From NCBI RefSeq assembly GCF_023055435.1, contig NW_025964334.1:61194001-61258000 (forward strand): a DNA stretch of 64,000 bases, in the 5' to 3' direction. This stretch comes from Haliotis rufescens (taxonomy: Eukaryota). Shown piece by piece: positions 62,155 through 64,000 of the stretch (positions within the stretch are counted from its first letter, which is position 1; every line of letters starts with the position of its first letter). The translations under genes and the position numbers were made by a program. The notes under the pieces are model-generated. The model saw only the letters and a program-made list of their open reading frames with translations, made no database searches and was not told the DNA's origin.

Positions 62155-63240
62155 GCGATAGTTGACCATTTCCAAGTGTACACAATGATCATAATAGCTC
62201 GACTGTGATTTGCACACATATCTCATGCTTGAATTGTACAGTTTTGGTGACAATAACATTCCCGAAAGCCTAACAACTGTACTAGACTCGAACCTATACA
62301 ATACGTAATGATCGTTGTGAAAGTTCAATGCACTTATGCGAAAAATATATAAACATAATCATCAACTTCACATCAGCAATGAATAACTTTTACCCGTGTT
62401 GAATGCAGAGCGTAACGTGTATTTATAGCGTATTCCAGAGGTCAGTTTGTGGCATATCACATTGTGTAGAAATACAGAGGGACACTGCTGTACTCAAGTT
62501 GGTGGATACACCCAGGTGTTTCTCACGGCCTCGTTATGTTACTGTCAGGGTTTGTTTGATACCAAGTTCTTTTCAAACATGATCTGTCGTTGCAATTCTA
62601 TAGTTAGTAATAGTCGCATTATGAAATATGGTATTCAAATGAAGTTTACAGTGTGTAAAGGCCATGGTGTTAACAACTATAAAGACACAGATAAACATGT
62701 GATTCAACATTTGGCAACAGTTGACCATTTCAAAGCGTACACAACGATCATAATAGCTTGAATACGATTTGCACACATTTCTCATGTTTGAAGTTTACAG
62801 CTATCGCTGACAATAACATTCCTGAAAGCCTAACACCTGCACCAGACACCAACCTACACAATAAGTAATGCTCGAAGTGAAAAGCTCATATGCTCATATG
62901 TGGAGGATATATTTTTCCCTTTTGTACCTGACCAGTGAATAATCATCAAACTCACATCAGCAATGAATGACTTTTACCCGTGTTGAATGCAGAGCGTAAC
63001 GTGTATTTATAGCGTATTCCAGAGGTCAGCTTGTGGCATATCATATTGTGTAGAAATACAGAGGGACACTGCTGTACTCAAGTTGGTGGATACAACCAGG
63101 TGTTTCTCATGGCCTCGTAATGTTAATGTCAGGGTTTGTTTGATACCAAGTTCTTTTCAAACATGATCGACTTTGTAAATCCATTCTTATTAATAGTCAC
63201 ATTATGAAATATGGTATTAAAATGAAGTATACAAACACAA
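62155..63240. repeat. ~570-bp tandem duplication
   Basis: 62161 matches 62720 and 62357 matches 62941; partial third copy at ~63340-63420. Confidence 0.85.
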
Positions 63241-63644
63241 TGCATGAAGGCCTTGGTGTAAACAACTACAATGACACATGTAGCTTCGCATGGACTTGTG
63301 GTGCCCTATGTGAATGTTGCAGGAAATATTGTGAAGAACATTGTTGACAGTCGCATTATCAAACATGGCATTGAAATGAAGTTTACAATGCATAAAGCCC
63401 CTGGTATAAACAACAACACTACAAGAAGCTTCGCATGGACGTGTACACCTCCCCTTGACATTTGAATGCTGTGTTTCTGTGAAGAACACTGCTGATATCT
63501 AACAACTGCACTTGTCACCCACCAACACAACACTTAGAGATTTCGGTGAACATATAACGGAACTAAAGACGAGAGCTGTGATTAACAAAAGAGATCCTTG
63601 TCCCACAAAAGGCGAATCGTCTTTAAATTCATATCACCATTGGA

Positions 63645-64000
63645 CCACGTCAGCCTGTATGTGTGAGTACACGCGTCTGCTGCATATCACCAGTAGCCCT
63701 AGCCCATGTCAGCCTGTATGTGTGAGTAGCTGTGTGTGCTGCTTAACACTAATATCCCTAGCCCATATCAGCCTGTATGTGTGAGTAGCTGTGTGTGCTG
63801 CATAACACTAATATCCCTAGCCCATATCAGCCTGTATGTGTGAGTAGCTGTGTGTGCTGTATAACACTAATATCCCTAGCCCATGTCAGCCTGTATGTGT
63901 GAGTAGCTCCGTGTGCTGCATATCACTAGTATACCAAGCCCATGTCTGACTGTATGTGTGTGTACCCGTGTGTGCTGCATGTCACTAGTGTCTCCAGCCC
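63645..64000. repeat. 59-bp tandem repeat running off the window
   Basis: CAGCCTGTATGTGTGAGTAG recurs at 63710 and 63769 and continues at the same spacing. Confidence 0.9.

Overview
Eukaryotic, repeat-rich genomic DNA with spliced genes, tRNA-derived SINEs, Tc1/mariner and LINE relics, satellites and a 136-N assembly gap. The SINE families resemble those I recall from molluscs, possibly abalone, but the organism is an inference. The window is dominated by a ~15-16 kb inverted duplication: ~2605-18500 mirrors ~27520-42655 around a ~9 kb unique spacer. Each arm carries a decayed Polinton/Maverick (adintovirus-like) endogenous virus. Between them the two copies retain packaging ATPase, PZ-like, integrase, minor and major capsid, pVI-like, adenain protease and BIR/IAP genes plus an AGTAGT terminus. 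Each arm also carries the signal-peptide, EGF-repeat and transmembrane exons of a MEGF10/SCARF-like receptor. The two receptor genes face each other and are ~97% identical in the ectodomain exon. They splice in the same phase to different cytoplasmic-tail exons inside the spacer; one tail has an ITIM-consensus SDYCDV and the other has several non-ITIM tyrosine motifs. This is a paired-receptor layout in which the tail exons sit on a potentially invertible cassette. From 43.2 kb onward the window is mostly satellite arrays (34, 30, ~32, 36, 37 and 59 bp units), SINEs and transposon fragments. All identities and counts are hand counts; no database searches were run.
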